A stretch of 32,322 nucleotides of DNA. Source: an uncultured Thermomicrobiales bacterium (GTDB lineage: Bacteria; Chloroflexota; Chloroflexia; Thermomicrobiales; UBA6265). The notes beneath the pieces are model-generated. The model ran no database searches, was not told where the DNA came from, and saw nothing but the letters and a program-made list of their open reading frames with translations. Of the stretch, positions 10,265 through 18,681 are shown in pieces (within the stretch, counting starts at the first letter, position 1; every line of letters begins with the position of its first letter). The DNA lies in the NCBI GenBank assembly GCA_902806375.1, contig CADCWK010000123.1, positions 1-32,322 of the forward strand. The letters run 5' to 3'. The position numbers were made by a program, and so were the translations under genes.

Positions 10265-10298
10265 AGAGCGCCGGACCCCGACTGGGGTCCGGCGCTCT
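10265..10298 (+). terminator. Hairpin terminator after SBP paralog 1
   Basis: Perfect 15-bp stem AGAGCGCCGGACCCC / GGGGTCCGGCGCTCT with loop GACT, 36 nt after the stop. There is no U-tract, which is common in high-GC genomes. Confidence 0.6.
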
Positions 10299-10456
10299 CG
10301 CGTCCCAGTCAAGTCTTCATCCGCCCGACGAACGTTTTCCCGGTGTTGACGTCTCCCTAACACTGGGCTGCCCCGCGTCGCGCATCATCCAGGAAGTCGC
10401 TCACCATCGTCCCAGTCGGTCGCCACGGGCGCGTGCCCCTATCACGGAGTAACTCG

Positions 10457-11863
10457 ATGGTCCTCTCACGTCGTTCCGTCATCGCCAGCGCCGCGGGTCT
10501 CGGTGCCGCCACCCTCGCCAGCCGCCCGGCCATCACCGCCCCGAAGGTGATCCGCCAGACCGGCTCCGACACCGAGATCAGCTTCTGGCATGGTTTCACC
10601 GGCGCCCGAGGCGAGACGCTGCAGGCACTGGTCGATGGCTTCAACGCCCTCGACACCGGCGTCCAGGTCACGGCCCTTCCCTACGGCTCGTATGAGGAGG
10701 TCGCCGAGAACCTCGTCCGCGCCCTCGGGGACGGCACCGCTCCGGACCTCGTCGCGATGAGCGAGGCGCTCTGGTTCCGCTTCTACCTCTCCGGGTCGAT
10801 CCTGCCGCTCGACGACCTGATCGCCTCGACCGGCTTCGACCTCGAGGACATCATCCCGGCCTTCCGGGCGGAGGGCCAGCGGGCCGGCCAGACGCTCTGG
10901 CTGCCGTTCTCGCGCAGCACCCCGCTGGTCTATTACAACCGCGACCTGTTGCGTGCCGCCGGTCTGGACGCCTTCCCTGCCTCATGGGCGGAGTTCGCGG
11001 ACGTCGCGCCGAGCCTGACAAACACCGACACGCAGGTCTACGCCATCGCCCAGTCCACCATTGCCAACCTCGTCGCCTGGGCCTTCCAGGGCGTGACGTG
11101 GGCCTATGGCGGCGCGTACAGCGACGGCGAGCTCAACATCCTGATCGACGAGCCGGGCGCCGTCGCGGCGGGCGACTTCTACCTTCGCTCAATCGAGGAG
11201 GGCTGGGGCTACGCCTCGCCGCAGGGCAACCAGGACCTTGGCAACGGCTTCGCGGCCGCGACCATCGCCAGCACCGGCGTCCTGAACGACACCTCCGCCC
11301 TGGCCGAGGCGACCGGCTTCGAACTCGGGACGGCCTTCCTGCCCAGCGCCGAACCGGGCGGCCCGACCGCCTGCCCGACTGGCGGCTCCGGTCTGTTCGT
11401 CGTCGGCAGCGCCCCCGCCGAGCGACAGGCGGCCGCCTTCGCCTTCCTCACCTACTGCCTCTCGACCGAGACGACGACGACCTGGGCGCAGAGCACCGGC
11501 TACATGCCCGTCCGGACCTCGGCGATCGAGAGCCCGGCGATGCTGGACTTCTTCGCCGCCAACCCGAACTTCCGGACTGCCGTCGACCAGCTCCCGGTCG
11601 CCCGCGCCTCCGACACGGCCCGGACGTGGGTCCCGGGCGGCGACGCGATCATCGCGACGGGCATCACCCGCATCCTCGTCGAGAGCGCCGACCCGCAGGA
11701 GGTCTTCAGCGAGGTCGCCAGCCAGCTCGAGGTCGAGGCCCAGCCTGTCCGCGACCAGATCATCGCCCTCGAGGGCAACCTGACGACCCAGGGCACCCCG
11801 GGGGCCATCCCCGCTGCGACCCCGGCGGCCACGCCCGCCGCGACCCCGGTCGCCGCGCGGTAA
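10457..11863 (+). CDS. ABC transporter substrate-binding protein, UgpB-like, Tat signal (paralog 2)
   Basis: MVLSRRSVIASAAGLGAATLA Tat signal, with GGAG 8 nt upstream of ATG 10457. Same conserved blocks as paralog 1 (RSTPLVYYN, WAQSTGYMPV). C-terminal (P-A-A-T)3 repeat tail. Confidence 0.9.
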   Translation: MVLSRRSVIASAAGLGAATLASRPAITAPKVIRQTGSDTEISFWHGFTGARGETLQALVDGFNALDTGVQVTALPYGSYEEVAENLVRALGDGTAPDLVAMSEALWFRFYLSGSILPLDDLIASTGFDLEDIIPAFRAEGQRAGQTLWLPFSRSTPLVYYNRDLLRAAGLDAFPASWAEFADVAPSLTNTDTQVYAIAQSTIANLVAWAFQGVTWAYGGAYSDGELNILIDEPGAVAAGDFYLRSIEEGWGYASPQGNQDLGNGFAAATIASTGVLNDTSALAEATGFELGTAFLPSAEPGGPTACPTGGSGLFVVGSAPAERQAAAFAFLTYCLSTETTTTWAQSTGYMPVRTSAIESPAMLDFFAANPNFRTAVDQLPVARASDTARTWVPGGDAIIATGITRILVESADPQEVFSEVASQLEVEAQPVRDQIIALEGNLTTQGTPGAIPAATPAATPAATPVAAR

Positions 11864-11900
11864 CGCGGTAATCCGGACCGGTCGAATCGCATCACGTTCA

Positions 11901-11930
11901 CGGGGCAGCCTGGCGATGCAGGCTGCCCCG
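11901..11930 (+). terminator. Hairpin terminator after SBP paralog 2
   Basis: Perfect 12-bp stem CGGGGCAGCCTG / CAGGCTGCCCCG with a 6-nt loop, 38 nt after the stop. Confidence 0.55.
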
Positions 11931-11982
11931 TCACGCGTACCGACCGGGGACCCCAAGGGCAGGACGCCCGAGACCGGCCACG

Positions 11983-12048
11983 GTGGACACCGGGACGACC
12001 GGCACCCCGGCCGCGACGCCAGCCGCCACCCCGGTCGCCGCCCGCTGA
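11983..12048 (+). pseudogene. Relic 3' end of a further SBP paralog (encodes ...TGTPAATPAATPVAAR-stop)
   Basis: The frame-1 reading ends GTPAATPAATPVAAR*, duplicating the C-terminal tail of paralog 2. The last 27 nt differ from paralog 2 only at third-codon positions and the stop codon. No SBP body lies upstream. It is followed by its own hairpin. Confidence 0.4.
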
Positions 12049-12060
12049 CCTCGTCCTCCG

Positions 12061-12100
12061 GCGCGACGCCGGCCACCAGGCACGGCGTCCGGCGTCGCGC
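12061..12100 (+). terminator. Hairpin following the SBP-tail relic
   Basis: Perfect 12-bp stem GCGCGACGCCGG / CCGGCGTCGCGC with a 16-nt loop, followed by ATTT. Confidence 0.4.
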
Positions 12101-12594
12101 ATTTCCACTCCGGCCCCCACGTGAGCCGGTTCGATCGCCCCGTGGACTCTCCCGGGTCCGGGTCGTCAGGGGACGGTGCCGCGCCCGCGACACCGGTCGA
12201 TGACGCCCCCAGCATTGACCATCTCCGGGCTGCATCCGTCCGGTCATCGGCAGGGCAGCCAGCGGGCCGAGGTGGAGTCCGCGGTGGCCAATAACTTGCT
12301 CACGGCAACTACTGGCACTGCTTCACTGTCCAGCCGGTGTACCGAATCCGTCACCGCCGCGTCTCAACGCCCAGCGGGTGAAGCTGCGGCCGTCCGGTGG
12401 TGGACAAGGTCACCGGAACGGAAGGTGACCAGCATCTGGTCGTCGTCCCGACGCGACGGTTGGAGCCGGGCTCTCCAGGAAACAGGCCGGGGCTTGTCGC
12501 CTGGAGAGCCCGGTCGGTCCCCGTGCGTCACGACCTGAGCGTCCGCCTAAGCACGACCCCTGGCGTCCGTGCAACCGATCGAGGGAGTCCAGCG

Positions 12595-13992
12595 ATGACC
12601 ATCTCCACGAGTCGACGTTCGATATTGAAGGGCGGCGCAGCTGCCGCCATCGGGGGATCGGCGCTCGCGAGCAAGCACAGCAAGGTGTTCGCGGCGCCAA
12701 ACATCATCAGCCAGACTGGTTCGAACGTAGAGATCAACTTCTGGTACGGGCTGGGCGGCGCCCTGGGCGAGCGGATCCAGGAACTGATCGCGGAGTTCAA
12801 CGCGCTGGGTACCGGTGTCACGGTGACGGGCCTCCAGCAGACCAGTTACGACGAGACCGGCCAGAACCTGACCCTGGCGTTGCAGGACCAGACGTTCCCG
12901 GACGTCGTCCTGCTCTCCGAGGTCTGGTGGTTCCGCTTCTATCTCGCCAACGCGTTACTCCCGATGGACGAACTGATCGCTTCCACGGGCTACGACATCG
13001 ACGACGTCGTCGATTCGCTCCGGGCCGAGGGCCACCGCGCCGGTCAGCACTGGTGGCTGCCGGTCGCCCGCAGCACCCCCCTGATGTACTACAACAAGAC
13101 CATGTACGAAGCGGCGGGGATCACCGAACCGGCTGCGACCTGGAGCCAGTTGCGCGAGTACGGCCCTGCCCTCTCCGACGCCGGTAGCCAGACGTACGGG
13201 CTCGGGTTCTACCAGACCACCGGTGACATCTCCTGGCACTTCCACGGAGCGACATGGGCGTTCGGCGGGAACTACAGCACGCCGGACTTCACCCCGACGC
13301 TCGACCAGGGGGGAGCGATCGACGCCGGCGAGCTGTGGCGCTCGTCCGTCGCCGATGGCTGGGCAACGCTCAGCCAGGACCAGGAGCAGGACTTCGTCAA
13401 CAACTTCATCGCGACAGGATTCTTCTCGACAGGCCTGCTCACCAGCCTGACAACCCAGGCCGAGGAGAACGGCTTCGAACTCGGCACGGCATTCCTGCCC
13501 GGAGAACGACCCGATATCACAGCGACGTGCCCGACGGGTGGTTCCGGTCTCGCCCTCCTGAACAGCGGGAACGCCGAGCGACAGGCGGCCGCGTTCTCGT
13601 TCTTCGCCTACTGGTCATCACCGGAGCGGACGGCCGCCTGGTCGCAGGCGACCGGCTACATGCCCGTGCGGAAGTCGGCCATCGCCGGCCCGGTCATCCA
13701 GCAACTGTTCACCGAGAAGCCGAACTACAAGGTGGCGGTCGACCAGCTGCAGACCCGGACCCAGCCGCAGGACGTCATCCGCCGCCTCGTCCCGCCGGGA
13801 GCCAACATCATCGGTGAGGCGATCAACGACATCCTGATCAATCAGACCCCAACGGCCGAGGCGTTCGCAGTCGCCAACCAACGACTGAGCGACGAGGCGG
13901 CGGGGGTCGTCGAGCAGATCATCGCCAGGGAGGGTGACCTCACCAGCGGGGCGACTGTCCCGGATCTCCCCGCGGCAACCCCCGCCAGCTGA
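12595..13992 (+). CDS. ABC transporter substrate-binding protein, UgpB-like, Tat signal (paralog 3)
   Basis: MTISTSRRSILKGGAAAAIGGSALA Tat signal, with GAGGGAG SD at 12581..12587. Blocks RSTPLMYYN and WSQATGYMPV. The 66-aa upstream part of the ORF is rejected as non-coding. Confidence 0.9.
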   Translation: MTISTSRRSILKGGAAAAIGGSALASKHSKVFAAPNIISQTGSNVEINFWYGLGGALGERIQELIAEFNALGTGVTVTGLQQTSYDETGQNLTLALQDQTFPDVVLLSEVWWFRFYLANALLPMDELIASTGYDIDDVVDSLRAEGHRAGQHWWLPVARSTPLMYYNKTMYEAAGITEPAATWSQLREYGPALSDAGSQTYGLGFYQTTGDISWHFHGATWAFGGNYSTPDFTPTLDQGGAIDAGELWRSSVADGWATLSQDQEQDFVNNFIATGFFSTGLLTSLTTQAEENGFELGTAFLPGERPDITATCPTGGSGLALLNSGNAERQAAAFSFFAYWSSPERTAAWSQATGYMPVRKSAIAGPVIQQLFTEKPNYKVAVDQLQTRTQPQDVIRRLVPPGANIIGEAINDILINQTPTAEAFAVANQRLSDEAAGVVEQIIAREGDLTSGATVPDLPAATPAS

Positions 13993-14018
13993 CGCAGAGC
14001 GACCGGACCCCGAAAGGC

Positions 14019-14055
14019 GAGGCGCGGCGACCCCCCAGTAGGGTCGCCGCGCCTC
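14019..14055 (+). terminator. Hairpin terminator after SBP paralog 3
   Basis: Perfect 15-bp stem GAGGCGCGGCGACCC / GGGTCGCCGCGCCTC with a 7-nt loop, followed by CGCGTTT. Confidence 0.6.
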
Positions 14056-14579
14056 CGCGTTTACTCGATACCCGCCAAGACCGGGTCATCTACCCGTCGA
14101 TCACGCCGGCCACGCGAGCCGGGCCGACCTCTCCGGGTCTTTGCCACGACTGGTCGTGGCGGCCAGACCCGATCCCTCTCCTCGGAGGTGGGGCCGGGAG
14201 GGGGGCTCCGAGAGATCTCGTTGGGTCGCCGTGGGGGAACGTTCTGGCCAGCCCGGACGTCCAGATAGCGTCGACCGGGTGTCCCGGGACGGACGGCCGG
14301 TTGCCCCGGAACCATGCCCGAGGCATCTGGTCTGGCTGCCGCATCGTACAATCCGGTAACGGCGTGCCAGCGGCCTGCCCTGGAGGCAATCTGCGGATCG
14401 GCGGGCGGGTTCCGAGTCACCCATCGTATTCCCGACCGCGAGGCATGACACCGACGGCGCGTCCCGCGCGTTACAGACAGCGACCAAAGGCGAGCGCCCG
14501 CTGGCCGGTTCGACCCGCGCCCAGCACCACCTGGCCAGACGGGCGGGTTCGCCACGATTGAGCAAGGAGAGCACGGCCC

Positions 14580-15302
14580 ATGTCCGATTCCGCCAACCCC
14601 ACTGACCGAAGCATCCTCGACGCCGGACTCTCGCGCCGATCCCTGGCCGCGGCGGCGGTCATGACCCCGTTCGCTGGCTTCGGCCTGGCCGGTCTCGCCC
14701 GCGCCCAGGACGAGACGGAGGCGGGCTCGGACCAGATCACCTCTACCGGCGGCGGCGACCTCCCGACTACCGGCGGCATGCGCCCGGGCCCCGGCGGCGA
14801 GCGCCCGGTCCCGCCCTCGACCGCGGGCACGTTGCCGATCGCGATGACCATGGAGAAATTCGCGATCGACAGCGAGGTCTACGGCTCGGAGATCATCGAC
14901 GGCGCCATGCAGGACCCGACGGGCCCGTTCGTCGTAGCCTGGTATCCCACCCTGGGCGACCTGGGGCGCAACGGCAACGTCGTCGTCGCCGGTCACGTCG
15001 ACTACTACAACGTCGGAGCGGCCGTCTTCTACGGCTTCAAGGAGCCGGGCGCCGAGGTCGGTGACCAGATCACCATGATCGGTGAGGACGGCAGCCGGCA
15101 CGTCTACGAGGTCCAGCGCTCGACCACGTATGACAACGGCTCGCTGACCGAGGAGATCATCAACAACGAGGTCACCGGCGCGACCCGCCTCCCGACGCTG
15201 ACCATCATCACCTGCGGCGGCGAGTTCGACGCGATCTCGGGTGAGTACCTGTCCCGGATCGTGGTTCGCTGCAGCCGGGTCACGATCGAGCCGGGCGAGT
15301 AG
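14580..15302 (+). CDS. Sortase family protein (class F-like) with N-terminal Tat-like signal anchor
   Basis: Catalytic triad context VVAGHVD (His), TLTIITCGG (Cys) and LSRIVVR (Arg). N-terminal LSRRSLAAAAVMTPFAGFGLAGLA, then a Gly/Pro-rich linker. SD AAGGAGAG lies upstream. Confidence 0.8.
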   Translation: MSDSANPTDRSILDAGLSRRSLAAAAVMTPFAGFGLAGLARAQDETEAGSDQITSTGGGDLPTTGGMRPGPGGERPVPPSTAGTLPIAMTMEKFAIDSEVYGSEIIDGAMQDPTGPFVVAWYPTLGDLGRNGNVVVAGHVDYYNVGAAVFYGFKEPGAEVGDQITMIGEDGSRHVYEVQRSTTYDNGSLTEEIINNEVTGATRLPTLTIITCGGEFDAISGEYLSRIVVRCSRVTIEPGE

Positions 15303-15334
15303 CCGTTCGACCAGCCCAGCTCACCGACACGCGA

Positions 15335-15363
15335 CGGCCCGCCGGCAGGCTGCTGGCGGGCCG
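15335..15363 (+). terminator. Hairpin after the sortase gene
   Basis: CGGCCCGCCGGCAG / CTGCTGGCGGGCCG inverted repeat (one G-U pair), 33 nt after the stop. Confidence 0.45.
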
Positions 15364-15464
15364 CGGCGTGCCCGGGACCTTCCCGGACGGAGCCGCGCCA
15401 CCTGGCAGTGGTATCCTGCGCCTGCATCGCCGGATATCGTCACGAGGCACGAGGAGCAGGTCGC

Positions 15465-16880
15465 ATGATCGCGGTCGACAGCACGGCCCCGGCGTCCGTC
15501 CGGCGGCTCACCGGGCAGATCACCGCCACCGGGCTGCCGATCCGGGTCGATCGGTCGGAACTCGCGGACCTGCACGTCCGCTGCATGGTCTGCGGGACCG
15601 TCTCGCCCGGCGACCAGCCGATCAACCTGTGCCCGGTCTGCGGCGGGCTGCTGGACGCGGTGATCGATACCAGCCGCCACATCGAACGCGAACGGATCGG
15701 TGCCGGGCTGTCCCCGGCCCTTGCCCGTTCCGGGGTCTGGCGCTACCGGTCGCTGCTGCCACCGATCCCTGAGGCGGCGATCGTGACCCGTGGCGAGGGC
15801 AACACGCCGCTCTACGTCGACGACCGCCTCGCCGCCTTCGCCGGGCTCCGGGCGGGTTCGCTCGGCGTCAAGCACGAGGGCCACAACCCGACCGGCTCCT
15901 TCAAGGACCGCGGCATGACCGTCGGCGTCAGCCACGCCGTCGCGGTCGGCGCCAGGATCGTCGCCTGCGCCAGCACCGGCAACACCTCGGCCTCGCTGGC
16001 GTCCTACGCCGCGGCGGCCGGCATCCCGGCGATGGTCCTCGTCCCCGAGGGCAAGATCTCGGGCGGCAAGCTGGCGCAGACGATCGCCTACGGCGCCCGG
16101 GTCGTCCAGATCGAGGGCGACTTCGACATCGCCCTGCGGCTGCTGCGGGAACTGACGGTCAGCTACGACGTCTACCTGACCAATTCCGTCAACCCGTTCC
16201 GGCCCGAGGGCCAGAAGACGATCATGCTGGAGCTGTTCGAGCAGCTCGGCTGGGACGTCCCGGACGTGATCACCGTCCCCGGCGGCAACCTGGGCAACAC
16301 CGCTGCCTTCGGCAAGGCGATCGACGAGGCGTACGCCGTCGGGCTGATCGCCCGGAAGCCACGCCTGATGACGATCCAGGCGGAGGGGGCTTCGCCGTTC
16401 GCCCGCTACTTCGCCTCCGGCTGGCGCACGTTCACGGCGATGCACGCCGAGACGGTCGCGACCGCGATCAAGATCGGCGACCCGGTCAGCGCGCCGCGCG
16501 CGCGCCGGACGATCGAGGGCACCAACGGCTACGTGACGATGGTCACCGATGACGAGATCCTCGACGCCAAGGCACTGATCGATCAGGTCGGGATCGGCTG
16601 CGAGCCGGCCTCGGCCGCGTCCCTGGCTGGTGCCAAGAAGCTGGTCGCCGAGGGGATCATCGGGCCGGACGAGAGCGTCGTCGGCATCCTGACCGGGACC
16701 GTCCTCAAGGACACCGACGCGATCATGCGCTACCACATGGGCGACGGCGCCGACGGCCATCGCCGCCCGCTGGCCAACCGGCCGATCCGGGTCGACGCCA
16801 CGATCGACGCGCTGGCCCGCCTGCTGGACGGCGTCATCGACGCCGGCCCGGTGATCCCCGCCCCGATGGCGGGCGCATGA
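15465..16880 (+). CDS. thrC: Threonine synthase with N-terminal Cys4 zinc-ribbon
   Basis: PLP-lysine motif HNPTGSFKDRGMTV, plus GNTPLY and CASTGNTSASLA. N-terminal CMVCG...CPVCG. GAGGAG SD 8 nt upstream of ATG 15465. Confidence 0.93.
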   Translation: MIAVDSTAPASVRRLTGQITATGLPIRVDRSELADLHVRCMVCGTVSPGDQPINLCPVCGGLLDAVIDTSRHIERERIGAGLSPALARSGVWRYRSLLPPIPEAAIVTRGEGNTPLYVDDRLAAFAGLRAGSLGVKHEGHNPTGSFKDRGMTVGVSHAVAVGARIVACASTGNTSASLASYAAAAGIPAMVLVPEGKISGGKLAQTIAYGARVVQIEGDFDIALRLLRELTVSYDVYLTNSVNPFRPEGQKTIMLELFEQLGWDVPDVITVPGGNLGNTAAFGKAIDEAYAVGLIARKPRLMTIQAEGASPFARYFASGWRTFTAMHAETVATAIKIGDPVSAPRARRTIEGTNGYVTMVTDDEILDAKALIDQVGIGCEPASAASLAGAKKLVAEGIIGPDESVVGILTGTVLKDTDAIMRYHMGDGADGHRRPLANRPIRVDATIDALARLLDGVIDAGPVIPAPMAGA

Positions 16881-17923
16881 CCGACCGATCCGTCATCACC
16901 GGGGGACGGGCGGCCGGACCGGGAGCGACCGCGCGCTGGACCGAGCAGGGCATCCGGGCACTGACCGCCCACGGCCAGCCGCTCACCGCGCCCTTCACCG
17001 TCCGGGCACCAGCCTCCAGCGCCAACCTCGGGCCCGGGTTCGATGCGCTCGGGCTGGCGCTCGATCTCTGGAACGACCTCGACGTCGACCCGTCCGTCGC
17101 CGAGGACAGCGTCACGATCCTTGGACGCGACGCCGACCTGCTCAACGGGGCGGGTGGCGAACCCCACGAGAATCTCGTCCTGCGGGCGATGCGGCAACTG
17201 GCGGCGGCCCATGGCTGGGAATTGCCGCCGGTCGGGCTGACCTTCCGCAACGGGATCCCGGTCTCCCGCGGGCTGGGCAGCTCCGCGGCGGCGCTCGTCG
17301 CCGGACTGATCGCCGCCGACGCCCTGCTCGGTCTCGGGCTGTCGCGGGATGAGCTCTACGGTCACGCCTGGCGGATGGAGGGACACGGCGACAACGTCGG
17401 CGCCGCCCTCTACGGTGGGGCGATCCTGGCCGTCCCTGGCGTCCCCTCCGCCATCCAGCTCATCGGGCACCCCGGCGCCGCCAGCGACCTCGACGACATC
17501 GCCGCCGTCGCCTTCATCCCCGAGATCACCAGCGCGACGTGGGCTGCCCGGGCAGCACTGCCCGAGCGGATCCCACACACCGACGCCGCCTGGAACCTCG
17601 CCATGGCGGCCGGCATCGTCGCGGCCTTCCTGACCGGCGACCGGCGGGTCCTCGGCGCGAGCATGAACGACCGGCTGCACCAACCGTACCGAGCGCGGCT
17701 GTTCCCCCATCTCGACGCGATCAGCCGGGCCGCCACCCAGGCTGGCGCGATCGGCGCCTGCCTGAGTGGCGCGGGTCCGACGGTGCTGGCCCTGACCTGT
17801 CCGTCGGAGATCCTTGGCGTCGTCGCCGCGGTCGCGGGAGCGGGCGAACGGAGCGGCATCCCCGGGGAGACCATCGTCCTGAACCTCACCCGCGAGGGGG
17901 CGAGCCTCTCGTCCCGGTTGTAA
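16877..17923 (+). CDS. thrB: Homoserine kinase (GHMP family)
   Basis: ASSANLGPGFDALGLAL and the GHMP motif PVSRGLGSSAAALVAG. The ATGA start/stop overlap with thrC suggests translational coupling. Confidence 0.9.
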   Translation: MTDRSVITGGRAAGPGATARWTEQGIRALTAHGQPLTAPFTVRAPASSANLGPGFDALGLALDLWNDLDVDPSVAEDSVTILGRDADLLNGAGGEPHENLVLRAMRQLAAAHGWELPPVGLTFRNGIPVSRGLGSSAAALVAGLIAADALLGLGLSRDELYGHAWRMEGHGDNVGAALYGGAILAVPGVPSAIQLIGHPGAASDLDDIAAVAFIPEITSATWAARAALPERIPHTDAAWNLAMAAGIVAAFLTGDRRVLGASMNDRLHQPYRARLFPHLDAISRAATQAGAIGACLSGAGPTVLALTCPSEILGVVAAVAGAGERSGIPGETIVLNLTREGASLSSRL

Positions 17924-17971
17924 CCGGGCGAACGTGGCGTCGCTGCACCCGTCACCGGTGGTCCTCCCCAA

Positions 17972-18015
17972 AACGAGCCCGCCCCGTCGCTTTGTCGCGA
18001 CGGGGCGGGCTCGTT
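17972..18015. terminator. Bidirectional hairpin terminator between convergent thrB and ppa
   Basis: Perfect 19-bp stem AACGAGCCCGCCCCGTCGC / GCGACGGGGCGGGCTCGTT with a 6-nt loop, flanked by AAA on the left and TT on the right. Confidence 0.7.
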
Positions 18016-18043
18016 GGCGCGCTGACGGCTGACTGCACTTGGC

Positions 18044-18541
18044 CTACGCGGGCAGATCGACGTATCGCTGGCGGCACTCGGCGATCACCTTGGCCACGTG
18101 CTCGACGTCGTGCCAGCCACGCACCTCGGACACCTTGCCCTCGAGTTCCTTGTACGTCGAGAAGAACTGCTCGATCTCCCGCGCCCAGTGACCGCCGGCC
18201 AGCTCCATGGATGTGACCTCGTCGTAGCGTGGGTCACCGACCGGAACGGCGACGACCTTGAAGTCGCTGCCCTTCTCGTCGTTCATGTCCAGGCCGCCGA
18301 TCGGGCGAGCCGGGATGATACAGCCGGGGAACGTCGGCTCCTGGACGATCACGAGGATGTCCAGTGGGTCACCATCCTCCCCCAGGGTCTCGGGGATGTA
18401 GCCATAGTCGGACGGGTAGTGAACGCTGCTGTAGAGCACCCGATCGAGCCGGAATGTCCCCGTGACCTTGTCGTACTCGTATTTGTTCCGGCTCCCGCGG
18501 GCAATCTCAATGAACGCGTCTACCGTCTCGACCTGTCCCAC
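18044..18541 (-). CDS. ppa: Inorganic pyrophosphatase, family I
   Basis: IEIARGSRNKYEYD, YPSDYGYIPETLGEDGDPLDILV and DEKGSDFKVVAV. Start assigned to GTG 18541 because a perfect AGGAGG lies 8 nt upstream. ATG 18574 is the alternative. Confidence 0.92.
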   Translation of the reverse strand: MGQVETVDAFIEIARGSRNKYEYDKVTGTFRLDRVLYSSVHYPSDYGYIPETLGEDGDPLDILVIVQEPTFPGCIIPARPIGGLDMNDEKGSDFKVVAVPVGDPRYDEVTSMELAGGHWAREIEQFFSTYKELEGKVSEVRGWHDVEHVAKVIAECRQRYVDLPA

Positions 18542-18681
18542 CGAAAGTTCCTCCTGAGAACGGCACCGCGCCATGTCGCTAGGGATGATAGCCGACACCC
18601 CACGGTTCTGAATGTCCGGCAACCGGAGGCCCTGCACGTTTTACCAAGAATCAGGCCGCTGCGCCCGGCGCGGCCGTCCAA

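Noticed and set aside
11806-11860. Short tandem nucleotide repeat encoding (P-A-A-T)3, considered as a repeat or CRISPR-like element
   Set aside because: It is in frame inside the SBP paralog 2 coding sequence, has only three short imperfect units and has no spacers. It is a low-complexity protein linker.
12397-12594. 66-aa N-terminal extension of SBP paralog 3 in the ORF track
   Set aside because: The extension is not signal-peptide-like and contains the long hairpin. The Tat signal starts at ATG 12595, which has a GAGGGAG SD, matching the architecture of the two other paralogs.
10180-13992. P/A/T-rich C-terminal tails of the three SBPs as sorting signals for the adjacent sortase
   Set aside because: There is no LPXTG/LAXTG-like motif followed by a hydrophobic helix and a basic tail. 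The tails simply end (..PPAATPTA, ..TPVAAR, ..LPAATPAS). Adjacency alone is not evidence.
14230-14370. Fragments reminiscent of RNase P RNA (GTCCGGGC on the minus strand, GGTAACGGCGTGCC on the plus strand)
   Set aside because: The pieces lie on opposite strands or in the wrong order relative to the RNase P consensus (GGAAAGUCCGGGC ... GGUGCCAGGUAACGCC), and the universally conserved helices cannot be built. I judge this a chance resemblance in GC-rich DNA.
18542-18637. Upstream ATG starts (18637, 18574) for inorganic pyrophosphatase
   Set aside because: A perfect AGGAGG lies 8 nt upstream of GTG 18541, and the resulting 165-aa product matches family I PPase length. The longer forms add a non-conserved leader.
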